NCBI GenBank assembly: GCA_050575255.1
Contig: JBNZDD010013641.1
Span: forward strand, 1,160,871-1,224,870
Direction: 5' to 3'
Origin: Harriotta raleighana
Taxonomy: Eukaryota
Length of the DNA: 64,000 nucleotides
Below, one piece after another: positions 1-13,445 of the stretch. The notes beneath the pieces are model-generated. The model saw only the letters and a program-made list of their open reading frames with translations. It was not told the DNA's origin and made no database searches. The position numbers and the translations under genes are program-made. Positions within the stretch are counted from its first letter, which is position 1, and each line of letters opens with the position of its first letter.

Positions 1-160
1 CCCCTCTTGAGTCTCTACCTCCTCCTTGCTCCCACCCTCCCCCCACCCCGCCCTGAACATTTCCCCCTGCTCAGGTCTTAAACCAACTGTCCAGCGCCTT
101 GGGACGTCCTCCTGACGTGAAACGCTCTATAAATGTAATTTTGTTGTTGTTGTTGTTGTT
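1..160 (+). mobile_element. L2 LINE 3' end
   Basis: gtccagcgccttgggacgtcctcctgacgtgaaacgctctataaatgtaa followed by (ttg)n. Confidence 0.8.
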
Positions 161-280
161 GTGCTCTGTCCGGGCACAAAACTGCTGCCATGTTCACTTA
201 CCAGATAGTCACTATACTTTACAGTGAAGCACTTTTGAGTGTTACAAATTTTTTTTTAAATCATGCTGTGAGTTGTTGAT

Positions 281-658
281 AATAATAATTATGATAATAA
301 TCCTTGCATTTGATATAGGGCCTTATCAAAACATGGAGGCGTCTCAATGTGCTTCACATAATATACTGTAAAATGAAATGACTGTATTTTTTGTGGGCGA
401 ATGGCAATAGCCAATTGCACACAGCAATGCCCACAAACAGTCGTGGATTGAGTGACTAAATTATTCTTATTTTTTTGAAGGGATTATTACCACCGGAAAA
501 AGCGATCCGCCAATTAACTTATAATCAGGTTCCTAGTTACTGCCAGGGAAACGGAGTCATATGGAGAAGTAAGGAAAGTTGGCTAATGTTCCGCCCTGCC
601 CGGGAATCAAACCCAGGTCTTCTCGCTTGCGCGGCAAGTGCTCTATCTACAGGACTCC
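281..658 (-). mobile_element. tRNA-derived SINE (long subtype)
   Basis: Same family as 51256-51575, with an extra ~70-bp central segment. Confidence 0.85.
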
Positions 659-696
659 ACAAAAGGTAGAGTGAACTGGGGTTCAGTTAACAGATT

Positions 697-1000
697 GGGC
701 TCTGGCCTGCTCCATGTCCCCGACCCTTCCACCCCACCATCGGCGGGCGAGCCTTCATCCACTCTGCCCCTAATCTCTGGAATTCCATCCCGCAGTCCCT
801 ACTGTCTCGCCCCCTCCCTAGCCTCCTTCAAGTCCTTCCTCAAGACCCACCTCTTTGACGATCCCAAATTTTCCCTCCACCCTTCCGATCCCAGAACCTA
901 GCTCGGATCTGACACATTGACTGTCCAGCACCTTGGGACGTCCTCTCAACGTGAAAGGCGCTATACAAATGTAATGTTGTTGTTATTGTAGTTGTTGTTG
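697..1000 (+). mobile_element. L2 LINE 3' fragment
   Basis: Encodes an ...SGLLHVP...SLASFKSFLKTHLF remnant and carries the L2 tail. Confidence 0.8.
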
Positions 1001-4000
1001 GTCCCTCAGTTCTAAGCCATGTTCAGGTACTACACTCATCTTTGCTGCTGCATATTTTCTGGATGGATTTTCTTTGGTGGGCTTAGGGAAAGAATAAATC
1101 AATCAATATGGAGAGAAATTTCTGGAAAAGACACTTAATTGGGCAGCCTGAGTGAGGGTGGACTAGGAGAACTGAGGTTGCTCCCTGAAATGACTCCAGA
1201 GTGGATATCTCACCTGACGCACGTTTTCTGAAAGCATCAGGTTTTGTAAAAAACTTTGCATGAGATGAGTGAGAAAACGGAAGCGCAGAGAGCAAGCTGT
1301 GGTACACTGACCAACAGACACATTGCCCTGTTTCACGTTTGCATGTTCTGTTGCTAAACGCACTCCTCTCAGGCTGTCTGAATTGTGAGCCCTGAGATTG
1401 GGGAACACGGATGAACGGAGAGTGGGGGTGGATTGGAACGTTGCCATGACTCCTTGAGGGGTGGGGGTTGGGGCGGTAGGAGGGGAGGGCATGGTGCTGA
1501 ACTCGGAAGGCAAGCAGGCAGTCATGATTAAAGCCCTCATTCTGACAAGCAGCTAAGGATTCTAAGCGAAATGAATCTCCTCAGCCTGCACACAGTTGGC
1601 TCCCAGTGGACTGGAGGCCAGTTGTTTTTTTTTGCTCGATGCACAACTGACACCAATCTGACAAGCTCGTTGCGAGTTTGCCATCAGGACAGGTAATTCG
1701 AAACAAATGACAACAGTGCAGTGAGGGGGTAAGAGTGCAGAAGAATAACAGTGTTCTTCCATGACTCCACTGATAAGAGAGAATCTGAGAGCTAGCAATT
1801 CACTCACAAATCAAATAGCTTTTGTACAGTTACAATTAGAACTTTTGAGGATTTTTAAGATCTCTCTCTTTCTATCTCTTGCTGGTTCCTATTAAATCTA
1901 CCTCAGTAGACACATTGTTTAAACGTGTGTGCTGCCCGAGTAATACTGGAAACACTGCCTCGAAGGAGATTGGGAGGCTGACAGAACATGGACTGGAATT
2001 AAAGAAGGTGGTCACAAAAACGGAAGCACAGTGGATAAACAGATTGTATCTGTTCCCATTAATTCAGCTGTCTCGAGCTCTTAACGCTAGTCAAAGCCAG
2101 TTTTCCCCAGTAATCGTCGCTTAATGTTTTTAAGGACACCATTGCCCACAAAGCCGGTGTTGGATAGGCTGTGACCACCCTCATCCCAGCAGCCTGCTGG
2201 CACTCACTGTCCAAGCAGGCTTAAACACAACCAATTTAAGTAGTTCGGTTGTAGTGCAAGTGACAGGTGCGTAGGTGGCTGGCTAGGTGGGTTGGGTGGG
2301 TAGGTCGGTAGGTAGAACCTGACTCCCATTAAGGTCAAACATCCTGACCTCAAGTCAACGACAACTTGCATTTATGTCTCGTCTTTCACGCGAGGTAGCG
2401 TCCCCATGCGCTTTCAATTCAATCCAAGCCAATTCAATGGCTGTCGGAACTCATCGGAAACAGACCACTGATCTCATCACTCTCCTTTGCCAGGAAAGGG
2501 AGATGGAGTTGGAGAGGAAAAGTACGACTATTTATGCTCCATGCGATGCTGTTATTCACACTTAAGTCTCAGAGCTCTGTGTACACACTAAAGGGTGATT
2601 GCAGAGTAGAAAACCCACAGCTAATCGCTCCACAACACAGCAGCACATCAATCTCTGAGCTCCGCAACACTGCTCAGCCACAGAAGACAGATAACCTGAT
2701 CTGCAAGCGCCTGACCGGGCGGGAGAGTGTAACTAAATTCCATTCAGTGGCACTGACATCCTTTAATTTGATGAGAATAAAATCAAGCTGGGGGAAAAAA
2801 AACAACGTTACATGGGAGTTTACATGTTTCATCTTAAGACATTCCCAATGCTATCATCCATCACCTTGACAAAATAGTAGCGGGCACAACACTCCCTCTC
2901 ACACACACACAAATTAGAAAATTACGAAGGATTAATGTTTGCTTTGTTTTAATATACAAGACATGCAGCAATTAAGGGCTAAAATTCTGTTTAATGTCCC
3001 CACTCCGCAGTGTTATCTCAAACAGTTCTATCCTTAGGGTCCGATGAACTGTTGACAAATTACTTTTTGGGAGCCTTCTGCAATTCCGCGTGACAATTTG
3101 TATGCCAGGCACACTCCTTATCTGCTTGCTGCACTTGTCTACATCGGAGATCTGATCACACACGCTCTACCACTTCAAAGAGAGCAGTTGAACTAAAACC
3201 AGCAACACCACAACTCTCCTATTAACACTGGTGTTTACAAAGCGAGCCAGGCTGCCAACTAGGGACAAGCGAGGTCCTTGCGGTAACAGTCCTGTGGCTC
3301 AGTGTTTAGACCACTCGCCTCACAAGCGAGGGATCTGGGTTTGATTCCAGGCAGGATAAAGCCTTGAACAAGTTTCCTTACTTCACGCGGTATAGGTGAG
3401 GGGAGTAGGGGAAATGGGCTTGAGTTGAGCATAAACCAACACCAATTAGTTGGGTCAAATAATCTGTGTATGCACTGCATTGCTCAAGATTTAACTGTGT
3501 CAAAGTTACAGCTCTCTGGTTTGGTCCCATTGCATCCCATTGACTGCTGGCCAGTTCAGGGAGTGGATTTTGTGTTGGCCCGGTTCCTTCCTTGTTGTCT
3601 ATGAGCTCAAGTGCATCAGGCTATGAAATGGGTTTCATGGGTTAGGAAGGAGGAAATCAGTTAGGGTCCCCCACTACTAACTGCTATACAGACCCCCACC
3701 CTCCAACTCCTTATCTTGCTGGAAGGTGCAGTGGGTTGGATGTTGTGTGAGGATAAGCTCAGCTCCACTGGCTAATCACGATCCTTGCATTTAATACAGA
3801 GCCTCATCTTGTCATTGAGACGTCTCAAAGTGCCTTACAGAATACACTGTAAAATGGAATGACTGTGTTTTGTGGGCAAAACCTATTTTGAGATATAGGT
3901 CCCCGCTCCCCCCACTCCGAGTTGAAAACCTCACCAACATTCACTGTGACAACGCACACATGAATAACATAGTGGAGCCTTGTCATCAAAATCCATCAAA

Positions 4001-5026
4001 TCCCAACCCATGCTATAAAGAAGTCTGAATTGATAGCGAAGTGTGATATTCGCCCACAAATATACAGTTGGTTTTTCCTGCTCTCCTTCCCCCTACACCG
4101 ACCCCTTCCCTTGCCATCTTTTCCCCCTTTCTCCCCTAACCCCACTCCCATGACTGTTTGTGGTACACTGCTGTGCGCAATTTGGCTGCCGCGTTTCACC
4201 CAAAAATATACAGTCAATTTTTTCCTACTTTCCTTTCCCTGACCCCTCTTCCTCCCCACCACCTTGATCCCTACTTGACTGTACAGTGCCTTGGGATATC
4301 CTCCCGACGTGAAGGACGCAATATAAATGTAATTCTGATTGATTGATTGATTGATTGAAGCGTGTTACAACAAAGGGCACCATAGCGTACCAGCCGGCTC
4401 TACGGTAATGTATCCTGGTAAAAGGTGGGAGAAAAAGTCAAATCCCACCCACCAGGAGAGGGGAGAACACCAGAGGAGAAAGACTGACAAATTTCCCACT
4501 TAAATAAATAATCTACCTTTCCTCTGCTGACTCCCCACACCAGGGTGTTGGCAGATCGCACGATTCCTGCATTAACATTTCACTCTGGCTAACCAGAGCA
4601 GTATAGACTTTGTGCAACTGTGTAAGTAAAAACTGCAAGTCTCCTCCTGTGCTCAGCTTCCCGGGAATCAATTTACTGATGTTTTTTTGCCGCTCTGGCT
4701 GTTTTCACACCGTTGTTTTTCAATTTGTTTTTGCTTCTGATCGTCTCTGTACATCTCGCCTCTTGTTCGTCCAGCCGGTCGGTCTCTGTCCGTTCCACAC
4801 AATCCACTAGCCTCTCTGTGTTCACCCACAAAACAGTCAATTCACTCCACTGTATAGTCTGTAAAGCGTTTTGAGACGCCTAGAAGACGTGATAAGGCAC
4901 TGTATCAAACGCCAGAATTGTTTTCATAATAATACTTTTAAAAAATAATAAATTGGTCATTTTATTCCTCGACTGTTTTGGGACACTGCTGTACACAATT
5001 GACTGCTGCGTTTCACCCACATATAT

Positions 5027-6045
5027 ACAACAACAACAACAACAAAAGTACACTTGATTAACGCCTTTCACGTAGGGAGGAAGTCCCAAAGAGCTGAACA
5101 GTCAGGTCGGGACCCGAGCCTGGGGGGGATCGGGGCTAGGGGGAGAGGGAAGGAGAGTGGGAAGAGTTAGGGTGGGGGGGAACCGAAGGTGCGGTCGAAG
5201 ACATGTCTTGAAGGAGGAAAGGGAGGAAGCAAGGCGGAGGGACTGCGGGATGGAGTTCCAAAGTGTGAAAGCCCGGCCACCGATGGTTGGGGGGTTAGGG
5301 CAGTGGACGCAGAGCAGGCCTGAGTCTGCTGAACGAAGGGTGCGGGCAGGCTGATAGGGAGATAGCAGGTCAGAGAGATAGGCCGGGGCAAGGCCGTGAA
5401 TGGCCTTGAAGATGAGTACGAGGATCTTGAAGTCGATCCTCTGGGGGGAGCCAGTGGAGGCAGGCGAGGGTGGGAGTGATGTGGTCGTGGAGCCTAGTGT
5501 GGGAGAGTACACGGGCTGCAGAATTCTGAATGATCTGCAGCCTGTGAAGGGAGGAGTTGGGAAGGCCGACGAGGAGAGAGTTCCCATAGTCAAGCCTAGA
5601 AGTGATGAAGGCGTGAATTAGGGTTTCGGCGGCGTGGGGGATGAGGTTGTGGCGGAGTCTGGCGATGTTGCGGAGGTGATGGAAGGCTGTGCTGGTCATG
5701 GAGCGGATTTGGGGCAGGAAGGATAGTTCGGAGTCGAACAAGATGCCCAAATTCCTGATTGGCTTCAAGAGGTGGAGTGAACAGCCTTGGACGCTGATGT
5801 CAGCGCCTGAGGTGCGGAGGCACTGGCATGAGCCAATCAGGGAGGGCTTCCGTCTTGTTGACGTTGAGATGTAGAAAGTTTGCCCTCGTCCAGGACTCAA
5901 TGTCGGTCAGACACGCAGTCAGGAAGCCAGTAGTCCTGGAGTCGAGAGTGGACACAGAGAAGTATAGTTGGGTGTCATCCGCATACATGTGGAAATTGAC
6001 CCCATGCCTGCGGATGATGTCGCCCAGGGGGAGAGTGTACAGTAA
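5027..6045 (-). mobile_element. L2-clade LINE, 5'-truncated (RT C-terminus, 3' UTR, (TTG)n tail)
   Basis: Minus-strand frames give LYTLPLGDIIRRHGVNFHMYADDTQLY (YADD 5974-5985), ETLIHAFITSRLDYGNSLL, LQIIQNSAAR, HITPTLACLHWLP and RIDFKILVLIFKAIHGLAPAYL, with frameshifts. (caa)n tail at ~5027-5045. Confidence 0.93.
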
Positions 6046-8413
6046 ATTCACATTGTAGTATATTCGGTGAAGCGCTTTGAGACATCTAGAAGACGTGAAA
6101 AGCACAATATCAAATGCAATGATTATTATTATATTATTATAAGTATTCTTATTATCATCATCCATTTCATCCCTCCACTGCACCCATAATTGAACGAATA
6201 TGTTTGCAGATAATGTTGTCAAAATCTTCACTGCTGTAACTGCAAAATATGTTCAATATTGACAAGATTAAGAATAATTCTTGTCTTTGATAAAGCGCCT
6301 TCACAGGATTGACTGTGAAATGTAGTGCCTGTGTCAAAGTAATTCGTAAAGCAGTCTAGAGATACAAGGGAACTTTCTATATGGAGCTGCATTTGAACAA
6401 AATTTATTTTCTTCAATAAAATGACCCTAACAATAAATAATTTACTTATCGTTCTAATCAGACGGAAGATTCTTTCAGTATCGAACCGAATGCTGCACTA
6501 CAGCACTATCGAAATCCTTATCATAGATAATTAGTATCCAACAGCTTGAAAAGGTTTCGCAAATGAAATCTGGCAGATTAATATTTGGACACTTTCCTTA
6601 CTCGGGAGAGCGGTAGGAATGAAAAAGTCGTCCTTGATGCACTCTCGCAGTTTGATGGCCATTGGAAGCAAGTCAAAGCTCCACAAATGTCCCGTGCCAC
6701 TTGTCACACCCAGACCAATGTTGTTTACCTTTGAAGGCCGCCAATAATTATTTCCCTTTTCTCTCTCTTTCTCTCTCTAGATTATGAGTTTGCATCTGGT
6801 GTTTTTTGGTTTATTCCCAAACGTCAAGTGCCATATACTTACAATGGCAGCCAGATCAACCTGGCTCAGTTGGCAAACAACAGCAACAACTCACATTTAT
6901 ACACAGGGTGGCATTCCAGAAACACATGACAGTAGCGGAGCAAGACTCTGAGCCGGAGGAGGTGACCGTAGGTGTGCTTAGGAGTCTCCAAACCAAGCTC
7001 AGATTTCCATGCATCCCACCTACACATGGAAATCCCAGAGATAGTTTGTTGGAATGCACTCTCCCTGGAGGGACGCCTCCTGCTTACCGAACTGCGCAAA
7101 GCATTAAGTATAAGGTTGGCACAAGACAAGTTTGAGAACCCCAGAGTAGGAATCTAGCCAAAACTGCACAGCTTGCTATTGATTTTGCTGCCTGGCAAGC
7201 TCTCTGGTTGCTTGTCCAGTTTGGACCACACTACCCATTAAGGCTTTGGCTTGGAGGATTAACAAGAGCTGATAAGGATGACTTCCTGCTCACAGTGACT
7301 GCTGATCAGCTACGTTGGACTGTATGGTCACCAGTAGTACCCTGGAATACTGCGGACCTGCCTGGTTCAGGACCGGGAGCACCGATACCGCACGGAGGGC
7401 TGGGTTGATTCCAACATTCCATTGCCAGGCTTGTCACCTTGAAGCCAGTTCAGCTCCGAGAAGATCCCATTTATCTCACTCCCCACAAAAGGAGGATGGT
7501 CACTAGTTAGGTGTTCGACATCCGACAAGCATGGCTTTGAGTCCTCACTAGGTGGGCAACAAACCTCAACATGAAATGTTTCAGAGGCATGTTTGAGAGG
7601 TATGGCTCCTTCTGTCATATCTGCCGGTTAAAATCCTTGGAAGTAAGAAAGGGTCGTTTGGTCCATCAAGTCCACTTCTTCAACAGTTGGTGTGAAACAT
7701 CTCCAACCAATGACCTCACCACCCCATCCTATCTCCTGCAGGTGCAGATACTTCCAAAACCACAAAAGCAACCGCGTAGCAGCTCAATAACATTCCACCA
7801 TTCAACCCTGGCCCCTTTGCACTTCCCAAACCCCTCCTTCGGCTACTTTCATTTCGGGCAGGCCTCAGCCCCACTTTCTCCTCGTCACACAGTAACTACA
7901 CCTTACTTTAAATCTTGTTGAGCACCTTGAGATGTCTTTCTGACACGAAAAAACATGAGATCAAATGCAAGACTTATTATGGTGGCTAATAATAGAATTA
8001 TTAACACTGCTTTCAAGCAAATGTAGATCTAGTTAGTCTTCTAAAGGCATGATAAGGCACTATATCAAATGCAATGATTTTTTTAAAAAAAGAATAGAAT
8101 TGAAAGCACCAGCTGCATTTGTTGGAAGCTGTTCCTGTAGGGAGCGGCACATATTTTGATCCTCACACAATGGGAGCTCACTCAGATGCCTATGTCGTTT
8201 CGTAGATATTTTAATTGAAGGGATTAATTTTTGAGGGAACGAGCTTCAAAGAGCAGAAGGAATTCTAGAAAAGCACGATTCCTGTAGCGAGTACCATATA
8301 GTGAGGTGCAGACCATTACACCCTTTCCTGATCTGACCATATTGAGAAATTGGTTGAAGTTAGCTGGGAGTGTGAGAGAGAGGGGGAATTGGGGAGGGGG
8401 GGGAAGAACATAT

Positions 8414-8794
8414 ATAATAATAATTCTTTCATTTGATATAGCTAGCGCCTTATCTTGCCTTCGGGACATCTCAAAACGCTTCACAGAATATACTGTAAAG
8501 TGAACTGACTATTTATTTCGTGGGCGAACTGCGGCAGCCAATTACGCACAGCAGTGTCCCACAAAGTCGTGGATTGAGTGTGATCCATTTACGATAATTT
8601 TTTTGGGGTAGGGATCATTACTCCGAGAAAATCACTCCGCCATTCGACTTACAACTGGGATGCCATTTACTGCTAGGTAAACAGAGGTGTATGGAGTAAG
8701 GAAACCTGCCAAAGATTTCGTCTAGCCCAGGAAGCAAACCCAGGTCCTCTCGCTTGTGAGGCGTGTGCTCTAAGTACTGAGCGAGCAGGACTCC
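8414..8794 (-). mobile_element. tRNA-derived SINE (long subtype)
   Basis: Head, body and (ATT)n tail recognisable. Confidence 0.85.
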
Positions 8795-9384
8795 TAAAAG
8801 AGTAAAGACTTAAGTCAATGTCCAGACCATTAGATTTCCTGATTCGTGAACACTAACGCTGAGCCTCTACTCTTATGGTCTTAAGTGAACTAATCCATCT
8901 CAACAACTATATCTGTGAAAGGTCATATGGGTTGCATCCTGCAGAGAACCTGCTGGTGAGTTAAGGTCAGGCTGTTCCTCAGATGCCTGCTCTGAAAGTT
9001 GCCTTTATTTGCTATACAAGCCAAAGCTTCACCAATTGTGGTCTTTTCATTTCTGTTGCACGAGCATTGCGGAGAACAGATTTGCAACAAGTCTCTTTTA
9101 TAGTACAGGTTTGGGATAGCTGGAAATTGATCTTATTCTAAAACAAGCAAGGAACGAGCAAAAGTCGCCGCTGGGGGAGAAGTTTGACCCGTTTCAAGAT
9201 TTACTGTATTTATGTAGCATTTCAGTGTGCACTATTTGGCAAATTCTCAATAAGCCTCAATATGGAAGCTCCTGTAAGATTATTTTTAAAAAACAATATA
9301 AAAAATGGTTTGAAAGTCGAGACTTTTCAAGAAATTTTCAAGTTTCAGACACTGCAGAACACTACATGCATAGTTTAGCGTAAA

Positions 9385-9800
9385 TTGAGCTCAGTTTACA
9401 GTCTTTAAGTCAGAAGGTTGTGGGTTCAACTCCTCCATCATGTATGCACTTCAGCGGCACTTGAGGTGAGATATTGGGGGAGACCAGCAATGCATCGGAG
9501 ATGGAAGAAAGCAGTGCTGGTGAGGGACCGGATGTGGAGGAGAAAGGATAATTGGGGGTTGAACCTGACGCCTAAATTGCATACAGGTTATTTTAGAAAA
9601 GAGAAGGTAACTTCTCCTGGTGTCCTGGCCAACATTCCCCAGATAAAAGTAGTCATTTACGTAAGGGCTGTTTGTGGGACATTGCTGTGCGCAAATTGTC
9701 CACTGCATTTGTCTACAAATACAGTCACCTCATTCGACACTATGAAGTACTGTGAAATGTTTTGACGATGTGACAAGACTCTATATCAAATGCAAGGATT
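9385..9800 (+). mobile_element. Older Deu-domain SINE (SacSINE/AmnSINE-related)
   Basis: aagtcagaaggttgtgggttcaa head and Deu-like core ttctcctggtgtcctggccaacatt...gctgtttgtggga..ttgctgtgcgcaaatt. Related copies at ~14975-15220, 42530-42920, 48660-48940, 52860-53120 and 61505-61990. Confidence 0.7.
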
Positions 9801-11308
9801 ACATAGAGACCGTACTAATAATAATCCTTGCATTTGACAAATAGAGTGCCTTTTCACGTGACATCTTAAAGCGCTTCACAGAATATATCGTAAAATGAAT
9901 TGACTGTATAGCTTGTGGCCGAAACTCGGCAGCCAATTACACATAACAATGTCCCACAAACAGTCATGGATTTTCAGTAACCAATTTTTTTTAAAAGAAA
10001 TTATGTTACCCCAGAAACCCGATCCATCAATTGACTCACGACTGGGTTCCTACTTCTGCTAGGTAAACAGAGGTGTGTTCTCGGGAATTGAACCCAGGTC
10101 TCTTGAGGGTGAGGGGGTTTGTGTGGAATATAAAAATCTCATGGACTAGTTAGGTTAAATGGCTAAGTATTTCTACGTCATTACATATGTCATAAAGCAA
10201 ACTGTTGATGGCCAGCCCCTTCTCCACTTGGTGAACACGTGGCAATCAAGAAGATCAGAAACACACCTCGCGTGAAGGGCGCTATATAAATGCAAATTGT
10301 TGTTGTTGCAATCGCTTTGTTCGAAACACTGGCAGGAAACATGGGAATGACATTGGACTAACCGTTTCACACTTGCTGTGTTTATATGTAGAGTTGTTAA
10401 TCAATGTACTTTCAAGGTCCCTGCTCATTGCCAGGTTTATCCGTTGGGCTCCAGTGAATTTCGCTTGGACTTTGTACTGCTAGTGACAATGTTAGCTTGG
10501 AACAACTAAAGTAAGTGGAAATCCCAGCTGGTGACAGGAAGCAATGCATCAAAGGAGATCAGTTTGGACAAACCTATCTGTGAGCTGACGGGCTGGAGGA
10601 GATGGCCATTGGGAAATGGAGGGAACTAGATTCCCCGGCCAGATTTTGTTTGAGTAGCTGGGTGTCCAACATGAAGAAACACCCATCGCCACGCTTCAGA
10701 ATATCCAAACCAAACTGAGAGGTCAACGTATGTTTCACGCACACCTGTAACGACTCCCTGTTTGTCTTGAACTGAGTCCTCAGAGGGCACACTCTGCTTA
10801 CCTAAATCCAGGATGTATTTAGCATAGGGTGTGTGGAGATATGGTGCGTATTTTATATACTGCTGGAGTTTAACTAACTACAAACTCGCAGTCTGCCATC
10901 GAGAGCTTTGGCTGGAAAGCTCCCACCATCCTCGATGCTCTGCTAGGACCATTCTTTAGGGCTTTGGCCTCCAAGTGGGAGGAATCCCTGTCCTAGTGTC
11001 CAGTCTGGGACCTTCCATGTCATACCAACAAGCCTGGCCTTTCGTCAATAGTGTCTTGAAGTATTGTGGTCCCAGCTGCCTACCAACACTGCCACAAAAT
11101 ATTGACTGTATTTCAATACATTCCATTGCCTCTCGTATCACCAGCTGAAGCCCAAGAAGAAACCCCCGCTCACCCACCTCATCTACCTCCCTCCACAAGC
11201 AGTTAGTTTGATTAATAATAATAATAATCCTTCCATTTGATGTAGCGCTTTTCACATCTTATCAACGTCTCAAAGCGCTTCACAGAATATACTGTAAAGT
11301 GAATTGAT

Positions 11309-11713
11309 TGTATATTTGTGGGCGAATTAACAGCAACAGTAGCAGAGAAGCACACAGAAGCCCAGGAGGCAACAAATCATGATATGACTCTGGTGGCACT
11401 AAAGATCTCACAGGCCATGTGTTTATGGCCATATATTTATGGCCATGGAACTCTCCACTGAATCGCTGATATCATTCACTGAAACGTCGAAGAAGATTGC
11501 GGGAGATANTGTATATTTGTGGGCGAATTAACAGCAACAGTAGCAGAGAAGCACACAGATGGGAGCCCAGGAGGCAACAAATCATGATATGACTCTGGTG
11601 GCACTAAAGATCTCACAGGCCATGTGTTTATGGCCATATATTTATGGCCATGGAACTCTCCACTGAATCGCTGATATCATTCACTGAAACGTCGAAGAAG
11701 ATTGCGGGAGATA
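11309..11713. other. 200/204-bp direct duplication either side of a single N (11509); likely unmerged contig overlap
   Basis: 11309-11508 equals 11510-11713 except for a 4-bp indel (tggg). Confidence 0.85.
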
Positions 11714-13169
11714 AGATTGTGGGGGAATTAATGTTAAACTAACAGGGGAGTTAGTCTCGGTGTCGCCGGTGACCCGGTTGCCCACTCTGGTCTGCCCGGG
11801 CTTGTTGGCCCGCTTGAACCCTCCGAAAACCGTCTCCTTCCTTACAGCTCGCTGTGTCATTTTGGCCGCGGCCGCGTGTTAGAAAGTGCCCCATTAAAAT
11901 ATTGAAAATTGCGGATGAAATTTATAATCTTGCCGTGGTGCTAGTCTCCTGCTGTGGGAGATTTGATGGGAGTGTGGCTGCGAATACATTAGCATAACTT
12001 ATTAGTGGAACCAAACCAGCGATGTGGGCTTATCTAGTTCATGTGGCAAATGCAGCGGAGGATCATCCATTGGCAGATAATAAGCATCGCAAAAGGCGTA
12101 GGCTTAACACCACTGGAGCAGGCTTTAAAGTTGGATCACGTGAGCTGTTGTGGGCCATCTCATTCACCCAGCCCAGCTCTGTAGTCTAAAGGAGTGTATT
12201 AGCATATTGTACCAATTAGGCAGAAACCATCAATAATGTATCAGTACGGCCTAATTATTAACATATAGCAAACTGACACCACTCGCTGGCAATTAGAAGC
12301 TTTCTGTTACAGGTTTTCCTCTCTCTTCTCCCCCCTACTCTTTTCTCTCTCTCCTGCATGTTACATGACACCGTTTCAATTGAGATTGTTATTCAGAGTT
12401 TTGACTCATCATTTTGAAAGCAAAATCCATCCATTCCATCCCCCTTTCACCCATTTTTAAACTGGGGGGAGGGGAGCAGAGGATAGGTAGGGTTGAAGGG
12501 AGAGGGGGGTGGAAGGGGGGCAAGAGCAGTCCCATTGATGGGAAGTTAGTTAAAAATAATGATTGGCAATTTGATTTGATCCACCCTGTCCCCACCACCA
12601 CCACCACCATTTTCTAAAGAGAGGATGGTGTATGGCAAGAGGGGTTATCTAATAAGATTGTTTTTATTATGTTAATTTTATTATAATATTCACAAACAGC
12701 GCGACTGAACAGCTGCCCCAAGAGAGTTTGGGATTATTCATGAGGAGACCTGGATTCCGAGCCCAACCCAGACCCACATTCACACTGGAGCGACTCTGGG
12801 AGTGCAGTGAAGAGGGTTCACCGAGGGAGGGAGGGAAGGAGGAGGGAGGGAGAGGCATATTTCCTATTCAGCGTTCACATGGATCTTTAAACAGCAGGAT
12901 TAGCAATAGGGTGCATGGCAATCTGGGTAGAATGGGATGGAGGGGTGGAGGAATGGGGGGAAGCAAAAAGGGAGAGGGAACGATAGGAGATTGGGACCTT
13001 TCTTTCTATCTACCTGGCTTGAGTGCAACACAGAGGCAGAATTGCAACTGATGGGAGAAGGTGGTGGTGATGATGGTGCGGGGGCAAAAGCGAAAAGCAT
13101 AACAATGGCGTTGAAAGTGAAAGCTGAAACGCGAAGGAACTGCGCCCCCCCCCCCCTCCCAACCAGGGT

Positions 13170-13445
13170 GTGTGTTTATTAACTGTGTGTGACGACAATA
13201 TATGTCTGTAGGTGTGCGTGCTTGTGTGTGTATGTGCTTGTTTGTGTGTGTACGTGCTTGTGTGTATGTGTTACGTGTGTCTGCAAGTTTGTCCATGTAT
13301 ACCTGTGTTTGCATCTTTGTGCTTTGAGTGTGTATTTGAGTGTGTCTGTGTATACCTGTTTGTTCATCTGTATGTCCATGAATGTATGCCTGTGTTTTCA
13401 TCTGTATGTCTATGAGTGCCTGTCTGTGTGTGTGTGTGTGTGCGC
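13170..13445. repeat. Degenerate (TG)n microsatellite
   Basis: TG-rich low-complexity tract. Confidence 0.9.

Noticed and set aside
6850-7740. Possible ancient LINE remnants (also ~10960-11190, 36990-37480 and 38490-38830)
   Set aside because: Only short shared words and no diagnostic protein motif, so I cannot classify them.
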